Positions 27,448-35,520 are shown, counted from the first letter of the stretch. The stretch: DNA of 45,400 nucleotides from Selenomonadales bacterium (GCA_017442105.1 JAFSAX010000134.1:1-45400), one strand, 5' to 3'. Numbers and translations are program-made. Notes: generated by a model from the letters alone, not told the origin.

Positions 27448-27841
27448 CTCGTAATTTTCTAAGTATCTTTCTGTAGCGATGGTGGAGCGCGTTCCACGAC
27501 AGACACATCGTCGCTGCCACCGCCTCCCACGTCATTCCGCGGAAGTAGTAGAGCCGTATCAGCATCTGCTCGTCTGCTTCGAGCGCATCCACCTCCGCTT
27601 CTATCTTCGCCTTTTGTTCCAGAAGGATTGACATGTTGTCGAAGTATCGCTTCCTGAGAGCGTCCGCGCGGGCAATGACTTCGCCGATCTTGTCGGTCGT
27701 CTGGTGCGCACCCGGCATACCCGACAGATTCTGTACGCTAGGCACGACCATCATCATATCCAGTTCGCGTATCTCCTCTGCTAACTGCAGTACTTCTTCT
27801 TTCAGATGTCGGTATTGTCTAAGTTCATCTTTCGTTACCAT
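27320..27841 (-). CDS. Sigma-70 region-4-like phage transcription activator (DUF1492/ArpU/RinA style)
   Basis: N-terminal coil. EQMLIRLYYFRGMTWEAVAATMCLSWNALHHRYRKILRKL is an HTH. GGAGG RBS. Confidence 0.6.
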   Translation of the reverse strand: MVTKDELRQYRHLKEEVLQLAEEIRELDMMMVVPSVQNLSGMPGAHQTTDKIGEVIARADALRKRYFDNMSILLEQKAKIEAEVDALEADEQMLIRLYYFRGMTWEAVAATMCLSWNALHHRYRKILRKLRGDEIDDDERCRACDVADEQEETPAPMYRTRSRMVDAVLPLQR

Positions 27842-27866
27842 ATCAATCCTCCTCTTCTCTCTTTAG

Positions 27867-28019
27867 TCAACAGTTACTGTTCGGTATCCTTATCGGCATG
27901 CTCCGTCTGTTTCGCTCTTTCAGCTCGTCCAGTCGTTTGCGATACCGTTTGTACTTCTCGCATTCTGTGTGGCAGGTCGCTGTTCTCATCTCGCATTTAT
28001 TCGCGCATGGACAATGCAT
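27867..28019 (-). CDS. 50-aa Cys-rich protein
   Basis: TGATG-coupled to the rusA stop. Sequence begins MHCPCANKCEMRTATCHTECEKYKRYRKRLDEL. Not in the ORF track. Confidence 0.5.
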   Translation of the reverse strand: MHCPCANKCEMRTATCHTECEKYKRYRKRLDELKERNRRSMPIRIPNSNC

Positions 28020-28456
28020 CACGACAGCTCCTTTCGCACGATGAATACTTCGACTTCTACACGCGGCTCATCGCTGTAATATTTCTCTACTCGCGAAAGA
28101 AGTATCTGTCTGTCATCGTGATATAACACGCCATTTAACGCATCTGATACCGCTTTGAAGATGTTATCGACATCGGGCTTTTTCGTCGGTCTGATGTCGC
28201 CTGCCACCGCCGCCGCATGGAATTTCTTCGTTTCGCTTTTCGGAATAGACATGTACGCGTACACTTTCATTCCGATGCCTTCTGTTTCGGCGAACGTCCA
28301 CCCTTGCTCTCTCGCCGCCGTCTGTGCGATCAGTTTCACCTGCGTCTTGTAATTTCGGCTCTCGTCGGTGTTGTATGTATGTACCTTCCCATTCACCGCC
28401 GAGAATCTCGGTCTTGGTTGACCGTACGGCTCACCCGGTACTGTGAATTTTAACAT
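28019..28456 (-). CDS. rusA: RusA-family Holliday junction resolvase
   Basis: PGEPYGQPRPRF...KKPDVDNIFKAVSDALNGVLYHDDRQI is the RusA signature. Confidence 0.85.
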   Translation of the reverse strand: MLKFTVPGEPYGQPRPRFSAVNGKVHTYNTDESRNYKTQVKLIAQTAAREQGWTFAETEGIGMKVYAYMSIPKSETKKFHAAAVAGDIRPTKKPDVDNIFKAVSDALNGVLYHDDRQILLSRVEKYYSDEPRVEVEVFIVRKELS

Positions 28457-28466
28457 AGCTTACCTC

Positions 28467-28838
28467 CTAGAACGGGATCTCTTCTTCTGGAAACGCCTGC
28501 GTGCCCATCGATTCGTAATTACCCTTGCTCTCTGTCTGCGTGCTTTTGCTGTCGCAGAAATACATGCTCGTCGCGACTACCTCCGTCGCCTTACGCTTTT
28601 GCCCTTCATGCTCGTACGACCGAATCTGCAATCTGCCCTCAATCAGAGCGCGGCGCCCCTTCGCTAAGTTGTTCCCGATGATCTCCGCAAGCTTCTCCCA
28701 TGCCACGATCGGCACGAAGTCTACCCCCTCGCCCCTGCGGTCAACTGCCAGCGTGAACGATGCTACCGTCTTACCGCTCTGCGTATATCTGACTTCTGGA
28801 TCGGCTGTCAGTCTGCCCATCAATGTAACGTGATTCAT
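28467..28838 (-). CDS. ssb: Single-stranded DNA-binding protein
   Basis: MNHVTLMGRLTADPEVRYTQSGKTVASFTLAV... forms an OB fold. Acidic tail EEEIPF. The ATG at 28838 is ATGA-coupled; the track ORF is N-terminally over-extended. Confidence 0.9.
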   Translation of the reverse strand: MNHVTLMGRLTADPEVRYTQSGKTVASFTLAVDRRGEGVDFVPIVAWEKLAEIIGNNLAKGRRALIEGRLQIRSYEHEGQKRKATEVVATSMYFCDSKSTQTESKGNYESMGTQAFPEEEIPF

Positions 28839-28993
28839 TTTTCTCTCTCCTTCATGTAATCGTCGGTTATCTTGCGTATTCTTCGCTTGTGTTCTTCTGC
28901 TCGCCATCTCCACTCTTTCCAGAGGAAATAAAATCCGAGAGTACCGAGCATGATAAAATATACATTTAGTAAAATATCGATTGCCTTTTCCAT
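28835..28993 (-). CDS. 52-aa single-TM peptide
   Basis: GGAGG RBS. Sequence is MEKAIDILLNVYFIMLGTLGFYFLWKEW followed by a basic tail. Coupled at both ends. Confidence 0.55.
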   Translation of the reverse strand: MEKAIDILLNVYFIMLGTLGFYFLWKEWRWRAEEHKRRIRKITDDYMKEREK

Positions 28994-29088
28994 CACTCGT
29001 CCTCCTTCCACACCGTATCTCGGTACAATCCCACCGCACCGACCAGAGCAATCCCGATCAGCGCGACAGCAATGATAATACACATCAT
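28993..29088 (-). CDS. 31-aa hydrophobic micro-protein
   Basis: Its ATG overlaps the methylase TGA, and its stop overlaps the next ATG. Sequence is MMCIIIAVALIGIALVGAVGLYRDTVWKEDE. Confidence 0.45.
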   Translation of the reverse strand: MMCIIIAVALIGIALVGAVGLYRDTVWKEDE

Positions 29089-29906
29089 GTCGTATTGCCC
29101 TCCTCGAACAAATTTATCTGTTTCTCTTCTTCCGTTTTCAGCATCTTCTCCATCGCTTCTCGGTAAAATCGCTTATCGACCTCGAAGCCGTATGCCTTTC
29201 TGCCCAGCTCATGCGCCGCTCGAAGCGTTGATCCGCTTCCTGCACAGGGATCGATCACAACGTCCCCGGGATCTGTAAATATCTCGATCAGCTTTTTCAA
29301 TACTCCGACAGGCTTCTGCGTCGGATGAATCTTTGGATATTCCTTCGCGCTATCTCTCGCCCACTCGATCCAGTTAAATATCATCTTTCCGCTCCCGCGT
29401 ATGATCTTGCCGTTCTCATCGTACTGCCTGCCGTTGTTAAATTTCGGCAACTTATCACGATACAACACCACTGCGAATTCTGTCGCTCCGACTATCTTCA
29501 TGTTTGCTTTCAGCACTTGTGCCGAGTAGTTTTTTATGAAAAAGAGAGGATAGTTCTTATCAAATCCGTACCGCTTGCCGTATTCAATGACCGTCTGTAT
29601 CTGCTCGAACGCGCAGAACACGATCATGGCAGGTGCTTGTCCTTTCTCTTTCGGTTCTTTTTTCAACAGGCGATTACAGAAGTGCATATATTCTGCGATC
29701 TTGAAGTTACCGTCTGTGTTAAAAAATGTCGCCTTTGCCAGCTTGCTTTCACCATTCTTATTGTCACCATCGTTGTACCACATCGGATTGCTTGCGTAAG
29801 CATCTACGCCGATGTTGTACGGTATATCCGCGATAACAAGCTGTGCTTTCGGAATATTGTACCGTTTGAAATTCTGGAAATTATCGTTGTACAGCTCCAT
29901 TTTCAT
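29085..29906 (-). CDS. Orphan DNA methyltransferase (N6-A/N4-C, beta class)
   Basis: VIADIPYN is a motif IV DPPY variant near the N-terminus. VIDPCAGSGSTLRAAHELGRKAYGFE is motif I near the C-terminus. No nuclease partner is present. Confidence 0.85.
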   Translation of the reverse strand: MKMELYNDNFQNFKRYNIPKAQLVIADIPYNIGVDAYASNPMWYNDGDNKNGESKLAKATFFNTDGNFKIAEYMHFCNRLLKKEPKEKGQAPAMIVFCAFEQIQTVIEYGKRYGFDKNYPLFFIKNYSAQVLKANMKIVGATEFAVVLYRDKLPKFNNGRQYDENGKIIRGSGKMIFNWIEWARDSAKEYPKIHPTQKPVGVLKKLIEIFTDPGDVVIDPCAGSGSTLRAAHELGRKAYGFEVDKRFYREAMEKMLKTEEEKQINLFEEGNTT

Positions 29907-29916
29907 GTGTTTTCTC

Positions 29917-30216
29917 CTAAAACAACTTTGTCTGTTCTACCACTCTCGGCTTGTCTATCGGTATCATATTTGCTCCACGCCTTACTTCAACTATTGACCG
30001 TTCTTTCTCTTGCTCATCACTACTTTTTTTGCGCTTATGGCTCTTACACGCCGCCCCGCCTCCATCAATGAAAACAGGGAAACCCTTACCCATATTGGGC
30101 GAATAATCTTTGTCGCCCTCTTGGAAACAATATCCGAAGATCCGTACTTCGTCACTTCTTTGATAAGGTGTTTTTAATTCAGCATAGAAACGGCAATTAT
30201 TACAGCTTTTTCCCAT
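29917..30216 (-). CDS. Hypothetical protein (99 aa, N-terminal CxxC)
   Basis: ORF packed in the operon. No motif recognised. Confidence 0.5.
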   Translation of the reverse strand: MGKSCNNCRFYAELKTPYQRSDEVRIFGYCFQEGDKDYSPNMGKGFPVFIDGGGAACKSHKRKKSSDEQEKERSIVEVRRGANMIPIDKPRVVEQTKLF

Positions 30217-30222
30217 AACCGA

Positions 30223-30525
30223 TCATCTACTCTCCCACGCGATATTCTCATCACCATGCCGATGCAATCTTACTATCTTCCCGTCCTCGTCCACCGTTGC
30301 CCAACATGTCCGCCCCTGCAGAAGCGCAAGGCGGCATCCGTATTTTGGCTCGATGCCGAACACCCTCAGCATATCGCCTAAGCTCTCTGCCTTTGGACGA
30401 ATGGCGTGCATCAGCTCGTCATTTTCTTTCAGTATCAGCTCGAATTCCGTTTTGTTTTCGGTTACCACACAATCCGCGCTGATGACCGACATCACGACAG
30501 CCTTACAAACCTGCTTTTCAGACAT
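30223..30525 (-). CDS. Hypothetical protein (100 aa)
   Basis: The internal ATG at 30525 has a GGAGGTG RBS. The track ORF is over-extended. Confidence 0.5.
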   Translation of the reverse strand: MSEKQVCKAVVMSVISADCVVTENKTEFELILKENDELMHAIRPKAESLGDMLRVFGIEPKYGCRLALLQGRTCWATVDEDGKIVRLHRHGDENIAWESR

Positions 30526-30680
30526 CCTTCGCACACCTCCACACCATCCACTTCGTAAATATCGTCCTCGATATCGTCGCCGCAATCATCGCAAACGATT
30601 ATCTCCACATTTCGCTTCGGACAATGTCTGCCGATACACGTATCACACGATACGCATTGATTCTCGTATCTACTTGCCAT
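30492..30680 (-). CDS. Small Cys-rich (zinc-ribbon-like) protein
   Basis: 62 aa with four CxxC-type pairs. Confidence 0.5.
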   Translation of the reverse strand: MASRYENQCVSCDTCIGRHCPKRNVEIIVCDDCGDDIEDDIYEVDGVEVCEGCLKSRFVRLS

Positions 30681-31014
30681 CGTTTACCGCCTCCATTTTC
30701 GCTCCGCAGTTCGGGCAGTAATTACGTATTTCAAAATGCGGTGAACTGCATTCGGAACAGTTATGGCCAACATATTCTCCGTTGCCATATTCGAACTCAA
30801 ATTCTTCCCAATGCCCTGTTTTGCGTTCTTCTCCGTCAGATTTCCCTAACTTATACATCCTGTCGAGCAAATCCATTCCGACATCGAACAGTTCGGAATA
30901 TGTATCGTAATCAATATTGCCTGTGCTGTTTTTCCCATTCAGCTCATCTGCCCACTCAGCCTTTATCTTTTCCTTTTCGCTTGCATTTGGCGAAATTCCC
31001 CAGTTACCCATCAC
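30670..31014 (-). CDS. Hypothetical protein with a C-terminal zinc ribbon
   Basis: 114 aa, with CSEC...CPNCG at the C-terminus. Confidence 0.55.
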   Translation of the reverse strand: MMGNWGISPNASEKEKIKAEWADELNGKNSTGNIDYDTYSELFDVGMDLLDRMYKLGKSDGEERKTGHWEEFEFEYGNGEYVGHNCSECSSPHFEIRNYCPNCGAKMEAVNDGK

Positions 31015-31017
31015 AAA

Positions 31018-31269
31018 TCACTCCCCATACAACCACAAAATATCTTTCAAGTCTGGTTTCAATCGCTTTAACGTGGTCTTTTTCAATTGCGGATGATATG
31101 GAGAAGCAAACAAATACGGACAGCCAAGACACACGTTGTATGTCGCAAGACCCAATTCTTTTAAATTTTCTACGCATTTCGTAGGACATTTCTTGCCCCT
31201 TGCCTTCACAATGCTTTTTACCACTTTTCTGTAAGTTGCGTTTTTCTTTTTTCTAGGATGCATTGCCAT
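31018..31269 (-). CDS. Hypothetical basic protein (83 aa)
   Basis: ATG at 31269 with a GGAGGGG RBS. The upstream extension in the track is unlikely to be real. Confidence 0.5.
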   Translation of the reverse strand: MAMHPRKKKNATYRKVVKSIVKARGKKCPTKCVENLKELGLATYNVCLGCPYLFASPYHPQLKKTTLKRLKPDLKDILWLYGE

Positions 31270-31489
31270 CTTTCTTCCCCTCCAACACGTGGAATCCATC
31301 ATCCGTACCGACAAGATCGATTCCCGTTTCTCGTTGTATCGCTTCGGCAATATCGTCGAAGCCGACATAATCTCTGTTCAGCCCGTCTTATATCTGGTAC
31401 AGCTTGTCCAAATCGCTACGCTTGACTTGTAGTACCTTTTCTCCCTTGATTTTGGCACGTTCCTGCCGTCTGCGTTCTGCTCTGTTCAT
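31253..31489 (-). pseudogene. ORF interrupted by one in-frame TAA (33 codons + TAA + 44 codons)
   Basis: The ATG at 31489 lies 1 nt after the loader-gene stop. TAA sits at 31388-31390. The downstream in-frame part reads DGLNRDYVGFDDIAEAIQRETGIDLVGTDDGFHVLEGKKDGNAS and has no start codon of its own. Confidence 0.35.
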
Positions 31490-31490
31490 G

Positions 31491-32336
31491 TTACTCCCCC
31501 AACATATCATTCATCTCGGTAAAATCGTCTTTCAGCTCCTGTCGCCGTCTGTTCTCACCGGTCACTTCGACGGGATGGCATCTGCCGAGGATACGCTCAT
31601 AAATACGCTTGTTCGCACTCGGTGTCGTCATCTCTCTGAGTGTCAGATTCGTCGTCACGATCATCGGCAGCTTGGCTCTGCTTCTAGTGTCGATGATGTT
31701 GAACACCTGTTCTGCCACGTATTCGCTCTGGCGTTCGGCACCGAGATCGTCGATAACGAGAAGGTCTACTTGATTCAGCGAGTCGATATACGCCTGCTTG
31801 TCCTCCACGCTCCACAGCGCATTGAGTACGCGTGAGAAACTTGTCATCAGGCAAGGCACGCCACTGTCTACCAGAGCATTTACGATGCACGCCGCCGCGT
31901 ATGTTTTCCCGACACCGCAATCTCCGTAGAGCAGGAGGCCTTTCCCGCGTTTTTTCAGCTCGGCGAAATTCTCCGCGTATCTTCGCGCCTGTCGGATCAC
32001 CTTCGTATCGTCCGCTTTGGCGAACGTCCATTCCTTCATGTCGCGTCCGTTCATCGCCATTCGCCGAAGGTCTTTTCTTAGCTCGGCTGCCTTTCGCTTT
32101 TCTTCCTCCGCCCGTTCTTTGGCGATCTCCAAAACTCGGCATTTGCAAACAACAGGCAGTGTCCGTAAACGCCCGAACATGACCTTTCGTATCATCATCG
32201 GCGTATGGCATTTTTTGCAGTACAAAATCCCGTTTTTCATGTATCCTCGCCCCAACAGCTCCTGTTCGACAGCTCGCATGTTGGGCATATCCTCAAGCAC
32301 CGCACCGATGCTATGCATCTTTTCCACCTCGCTCAA
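31491..32336 (-). CDS. DnaC/IstB-like AAA+ helicase loader
   Basis: LLLYGDCGVGKTY is Walker A and LLVIDDLGAE is Walker B. PMIVTTNL is also present. Confidence 0.85.
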   Translation of the reverse strand: MSEVEKMHSIGAVLEDMPNMRAVEQELLGRGYMKNGILYCKKCHTPMMIRKVMFGRLRTLPVVCKCRVLEIAKERAEEEKRKAAELRKDLRRMAMNGRDMKEWTFAKADDTKVIRQARRYAENFAELKKRGKGLLLYGDCGVGKTYAAACIVNALVDSGVPCLMTSFSRVLNALWSVEDKQAYIDSLNQVDLLVIDDLGAERQSEYVAEQVFNIIDTRSRAKLPMIVTTNLTLREMTTPSANKRIYERILGRCHPVEVTGENRRRQELKDDFTEMNDMLGE

Positions 32337-33042
32337 TGAAATCCGCCAACTCGTCCACCGCTTTCAACGTTTCCGCTCCTGCCGCTTTTTTATCACGCCG
32401 CGCCCAACTTCGGATCGTCGCCAGATGGCTCTTATATGTCTTCCCGGTCGAAGCCATGTATTCTGACAAACGCTCGATGCGTTGTTCGTAGTCGGCAAAT
32501 TCTTTTTTCAGTTTTTCGTATTCGTCATCGGTGAGGAGGACGTTTTTATATGCGCCGTACTGATGGCGCATATATATCTCTCTATCCTTACCTAACCTAA
32601 CCTTACCTAACCTAACCTGTGTATCCAACGTTTCGGTTTCTTGGATACAACTTGTATCCATTTTGTATCCATTTTGGATACAATCTGTATCCACGTTTGT
32701 CAATTCATACGATTTGTCTGGATTTACAAGAAGCATTTTTCGCTCATTTTGATACATCGTATCCTTGCTTCGGTCTCGTTGAATGTAGTTATGTATACGC
32801 CAATGCTTTACCACCAAAACACCGCTGTCGAACGGGAGTAGGAATTGTTTTGCGATGAGCAATCTGCTGTCATCGTCGGTACATCCGAGCATCCGCTGTA
32901 TCTTTTTCGGATTGTTGATGAATCCCTCGTCATCGGCTCGCATCGACAGGTGGAAGTACAGTGCCTGCGTTGTCAACGGCATGTCCAAAAAAGCATCGCT
33001 GTCGATGATCGTCTTGGCGAACATTCGTCTTTCTGCCATCAT
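32311..33042 (-). CDS. Phage replisome organizer (DnaD-like N-terminal domain)
   Basis: RRMFAKTIIDSDAFLDMPLTTQALYFHLSMRADDEGF is typical of the replisome-organizer N-terminal domain. Confidence 0.8.
   Translation of the reverse strand: MMAERRMFAKTIIDSDAFLDMPLTTQALYFHLSMRADDEGFINNPKKIQRMLGCTDDDSRLLIAKQFLLPFDSGVLVVKHWRIHNYIQRDRSKDTMYQNERKMLLVNPDKSYELTNVDTDCIQNGYKMDTSCIQETETLDTQVRLGKVRLGKDREIYMRHQYGAYKNVLLTDDEYEKLKKEFADYEQRIERLSEYMASTGKTYKSHLATIRSWARRDKKAAGAETLKAVDELADFIERGGKDA
32586..32693. repeat. Putative replication origin inside the organizer gene: a 15-bp tandem repeat plus six 8-bp iterons
   Basis: ccttacctaacctaa x2 at 32586-32615. TGTATCCA at 32620, 32653, 32664 and 32686. Inverted TGGATACA at 32642 and 32675. 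Confidence 0.6.
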
Positions 33043-33578
33043 CTATCCCCCCATTCCTCTTTCAATCTCGTCAGCTCATCGGGCGGAAGCGTTTCCACGC
33101 CGAGGGTCTTTGCCTCTGCGATCAGACCGTCTATCAGTCGCGCCATCTCTGCCGTATCGTATGTACTGCTGCCATGATATGCCGCAAGGTTGACGTATCC
33201 GCTCAACTTCGATTCGCCGAGTTCTTCCACGATCCATCCGATGCCATGCGCCGACCAGATGTGCTTGAAATGATCGACTGCCGTTTTTTTGATTGGAAGT
33301 ATCGTACAATGCCCACATTCGGATATTGCCTTGCGGTAAACATCGACGGCAGACGTCATCACGTGCCCTGTGGTGAGTTTTTTCGCTATCGCATGACACA
33401 ATACCCATGCGTACGAATTTGCATCGTTAGAACGGCGTTCTCGCTTGATTTCGACCGTTATTCGTTTGCCCTTCTCGCAGTACCGTTGGAGGGCATTGAT
33501 GTCATCGACCGCACCGATCGGCACTTGCACCTGCATCATGCCGCCGAATACGTTGATATTGTCTGCTGTGAATCTCAT
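33039..33578 (-). CDS. ninB: NinB/Orf-family recombination mediator
   Basis: KRERRSNDANSYAWVLCHAIAKKL and the C-terminal LKEEWGDR parallel lambda NinB (ERNRSLDQNRKLWACL and WKARWGDR). Confidence 0.65.
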   Translation of the reverse strand: MRFTADNINVFGGMMQVQVPIGAVDDINALQRYCEKGKRITVEIKRERRSNDANSYAWVLCHAIAKKLTTGHVMTSAVDVYRKAISECGHCTILPIKKTAVDHFKHIWSAHGIGWIVEELGESKLSGYVNLAAYHGSSTYDTAEMARLIDGLIAEAKTLGVETLPPDELTRLKEEWGDR

Positions 33579-33868
33579 TTGTTGCCCTCCTCCAGATAGT
33601 TCCTGCCGATCAATTTCATGAATTCCTCTCGGCTGTGTTTCAGTTCATATACCGCTTGGCATAGTCTTTTCAGCAACAGATCCACTACTCTGTCACGATG
33701 TACGCTTACTCGCCCACCCGTATGGTGGTCGTTGCACAGCCAGACGGTGAATCCGTTCTCATCGCTTATCTTTCGATTCTTGCCGAAGTAGATGTGATGA
33801 CACTCCATATTCACCGTTGACCGGCAGAAGAAACATTCCTTCTCGACCTGCAATATCGACTTACTCAT
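33575..33868 (-). CDS. Zinc-binding HNH-like protein
   Basis: The ATG at 33868 overlaps the erf stop. Carries a CFFC...ECHHI...LCNDHH pattern. Confidence 0.45.
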   Translation of the reverse strand: MSKSILQVEKECFFCRSTVNMECHHIYFGKNRKISDENGFTVWLCNDHHTGGRVSVHRDRVVDLLLKRLCQAVYELKHSREEFMKLIGRNYLEEGNK

Positions 33869-34475
33869 TGGCTTGCTTCTCTTTGATCGCTTTCGCAATA
33901 TCCCACTTGATCGCCTTGTACTTGTCATCGCTCACGATCTTCTGCAAGCTCTTCATCGAGAATCGGCTCAACTCGCAATACTCGCCGTTCCCGCTTAGAA
34001 CGTAAGTCTTGCCGCCTTCCTTCTTCCACGCCTGCTGTTCCTGCTGTTGTTCGCCTTTTGTTTCCCTTGCCTTGCTGTGCTGTGACGGATCATCGGCATC
34101 CTTCACATCATCGATACAGAAAAGCCCATTCAGCGCATATTTTCGCGCATAGCTTGACGCCGAACCTGTGATCTGCGACGCATCCATCCCGCTTTTGCTG
34201 TCCGCTTCTCTCGCGCACGCTTCTGCTTCGATAACATCGCCGTCACCTTCTAAATCGGTCAATAACGCTGTCGCCTTTACATAATACCGATCGCCAATCA
34301 CGACGATCTCGTCTGTGATCGTCAATACCGCGTTGTACTTCTGGCACAGCGGCTTCACCGCCTCTAGAATATCTTCGCAGTTTCGGTAGTAGTACTTGCC
34401 GAAACTGTTATACTGCCCCTTCGGTGCTTTCAGCTCCATCTGGATCGCCTGCAGCTTCGTCATGATACCCGCCAT
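33861..34475 (-). CDS. erf: ERF-family single-strand annealing protein
   Basis: KAPKGQYNSFGKYYYRNCEDILEAVKP...GSASSYARKYALNGLFCIDD is the ERF signature. ATG at 34475 with an AGGAGGAGG RBS. Confidence 0.85.
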   Translation of the reverse strand: MAGIMTKLQAIQMELKAPKGQYNSFGKYYYRNCEDILEAVKPLCQKYNAVLTITDEIVVIGDRYYVKATALLTDLEGDGDVIEAEACAREADSKSGMDASQITGSASSYARKYALNGLFCIDDVKDADDPSQHSKARETKGEQQQEQQAWKKEGGKTYVLSGNGEYCELSRFSMKSLQKIVSDDKYKAIKWDIAKAIKEKQANE

Positions 34476-34776
34476 CGTTTGCCTCCTCCTTCTCTGCTTT
34501 ATCGACATAGCAGTACATCTCTACACCACACACATCTTTGCACAATCTGTCTCGGTTATCATATGCATATTTTCTTTTCGACTTCTCTTTGTCGAACGGG
34601 AAGTCTTCTTCGTAGAATTGCACGCCGATCGATTCACTATAACCAAGATTGATATATACACTCGTCGCTCCGATCTCTTTTGCCGCGATCTGCGCCGCTT
34701 TCAGATAGTCGATCATCTTGTCCATCATTTCTTCTCGGTACTGAACAACACACGCACGCATTTCATCTTCATTCAT
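34408..34776 (-). CDS. Hypothetical protein (122 aa)
   Basis: ORF in the operon. Its acidic tail overlaps the erf start. Confidence 0.5.
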   Translation of the reverse strand: MNEDEMRACVVQYREEMMDKMIDYLKAAQIAAKEIGATSVYINLGYSESIGVQFYEEDFPFDKEKSKRKYAYDNRDRLCKDVCGVEMYCYVDKAEKEEANDGGYHDEAAGDPDGAESTEGAV

Positions 34777-34787
34777 ATTGCATCCTC

Positions 34788-34991
34788 CTAAACATGGAGC
34801 GCGTTCAACATCTCCGCGCCCAATTCATTGTCTTTTTTATACGCTTTCATCGCCCACTCACAGACGATCTCCAGTGCGATTCTGTCTGCTTTTGCTTCTT
34901 CTCGCATCTCGGCCGGAAGCGCAAGACGTTCTCTTACATATATCTCACGTGCGATACCTTGTACGCGTCGCACAGCTTGCTCTATTTCCAT
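34788..34991 (-). CDS. Hypothetical protein (67 aa)
   Basis: ATG at 34991 with a GGAGG RBS 8 nt upstream. Confidence 0.55.
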   Translation of the reverse strand: MEIEQAVRRVQGIAREIYVRERLALPAEMREEAKADRIALEIVCEWAMKAYKKDNELGAEMLNALHV

Positions 34992-35019
34992 TGCAATAAC
35001 CTCCAATGTGTGCTATACT
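34991..35019 (+). promoter_or_regulatory. Rightward promoter with an extended -10
   Basis: TTGCAA (34991-34996), a 17-nt spacer, TGc, then TATACT (35014-35019). Confidence 0.55.
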
Positions 35020-35040
35020 TTTAACAACTTCTTTTGTCAA
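35012..35040 (-). promoter_or_regulatory. Leftward promoter whose -10 overlaps that of the rightward promoter
   Basis: Minus strand: TTGACA (35035-35040), a 17-nt spacer, then TATAGC (35012-35017). Confidence 0.5.
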
Positions 35041-35080
35041 ACCACAGTTCGATCTAATCGGCTGTGGTTTTTTTCTTTTT
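35026..35080 (+). ncRNA. Candidate small RNA of about 55 nt, defined by a promoter and an intrinsic terminator
   Basis: No ORF. Stem aaaccacag/ctgtggttt (35039-35047 / 35062-35070) is followed by T7CT5. It is antisense to leftward early transcripts. Confidence 0.4.
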
Positions 35081-35195
35081 CGGTCGTGCCGTGTCTTTGG
35101 CATGCATCCACGCCATCGCTTGGTCGATAGAAAAATTCTCGTTCATTATCGTGATAAGCAGAGCGTAGTACCTGCGTTTCAATATCGGGTCGATG

Positions 35196-35396
35196 TTATC
35201 CACACAGCATCACGACCAATACTGCCAGCATTGCGCCGATAAAAAACGAAAGAATCGGTCTTTCGTTACGCAGGTACCATTCTTCTACCACTTCCGCTGT
35301 TGCGGCCGCAACAGCTAACGGCAGATCGCGGACATATATTCCGCGTGTATCTCCGCGTTCATCTACGACGAGCTTCCACTTCTTGCCCTTCATCAT
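35196..35396 (-). CDS. 66-aa protein with a C-terminal TM helix
   Basis: ATGA-coupled to the upstream micro-ORF. ILSFFIGAMLAVLVVMLCG lies at the C-terminus. Confidence 0.55.
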   Translation of the reverse strand: MMKGKKWKLVVDERGDTRGIYVRDLPLAVAAATAEVVEEWYLRNERPILSFFIGAMLAVLVVMLCG

Positions 35397-35518
35397 TTCT
35401 TGCCCCTCTCTTTCTTCAGTTCCGGGCGATACACCGCCCTGTTTTTCTCAAGCATCTTCTCAATGCGGCTCGTCTGCGCTCGTTTACCGTCGCAATACGC
35501 GACCAATTTACCTGTCAT
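35393..35518 (-). CDS. 41-aa basic micro-protein
   Basis: GGAGG RBS 7 nt upstream. Sequence is MTGKLVAYCDGKRAQTSRIEKMLEKNRAVYRPELKKERGKK. Not in the ORF track. Confidence 0.45.
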   Translation of the reverse strand: MTGKLVAYCDGKRAQTSRIEKMLEKNRAVYRPELKKERGKK

Positions 35519-35520
35519 TG

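Noticed and set aside
32586-32618. (CCTAA)-like telomere-style repeat
   Set aside because: The unit is 15 bp and repeated twice inside a coding region next to the iterons. It is better explained as part of a phage origin.
35081-35195. 30-aa minus-strand ORF (MNENFSIDQAMAWMHAKDTARPKKKKTTAD)
   Set aside because: It has no Shine-Dalgarno sequence and no coupling, and its end runs into the hairpin. It is treated as a 3-prime UTR.
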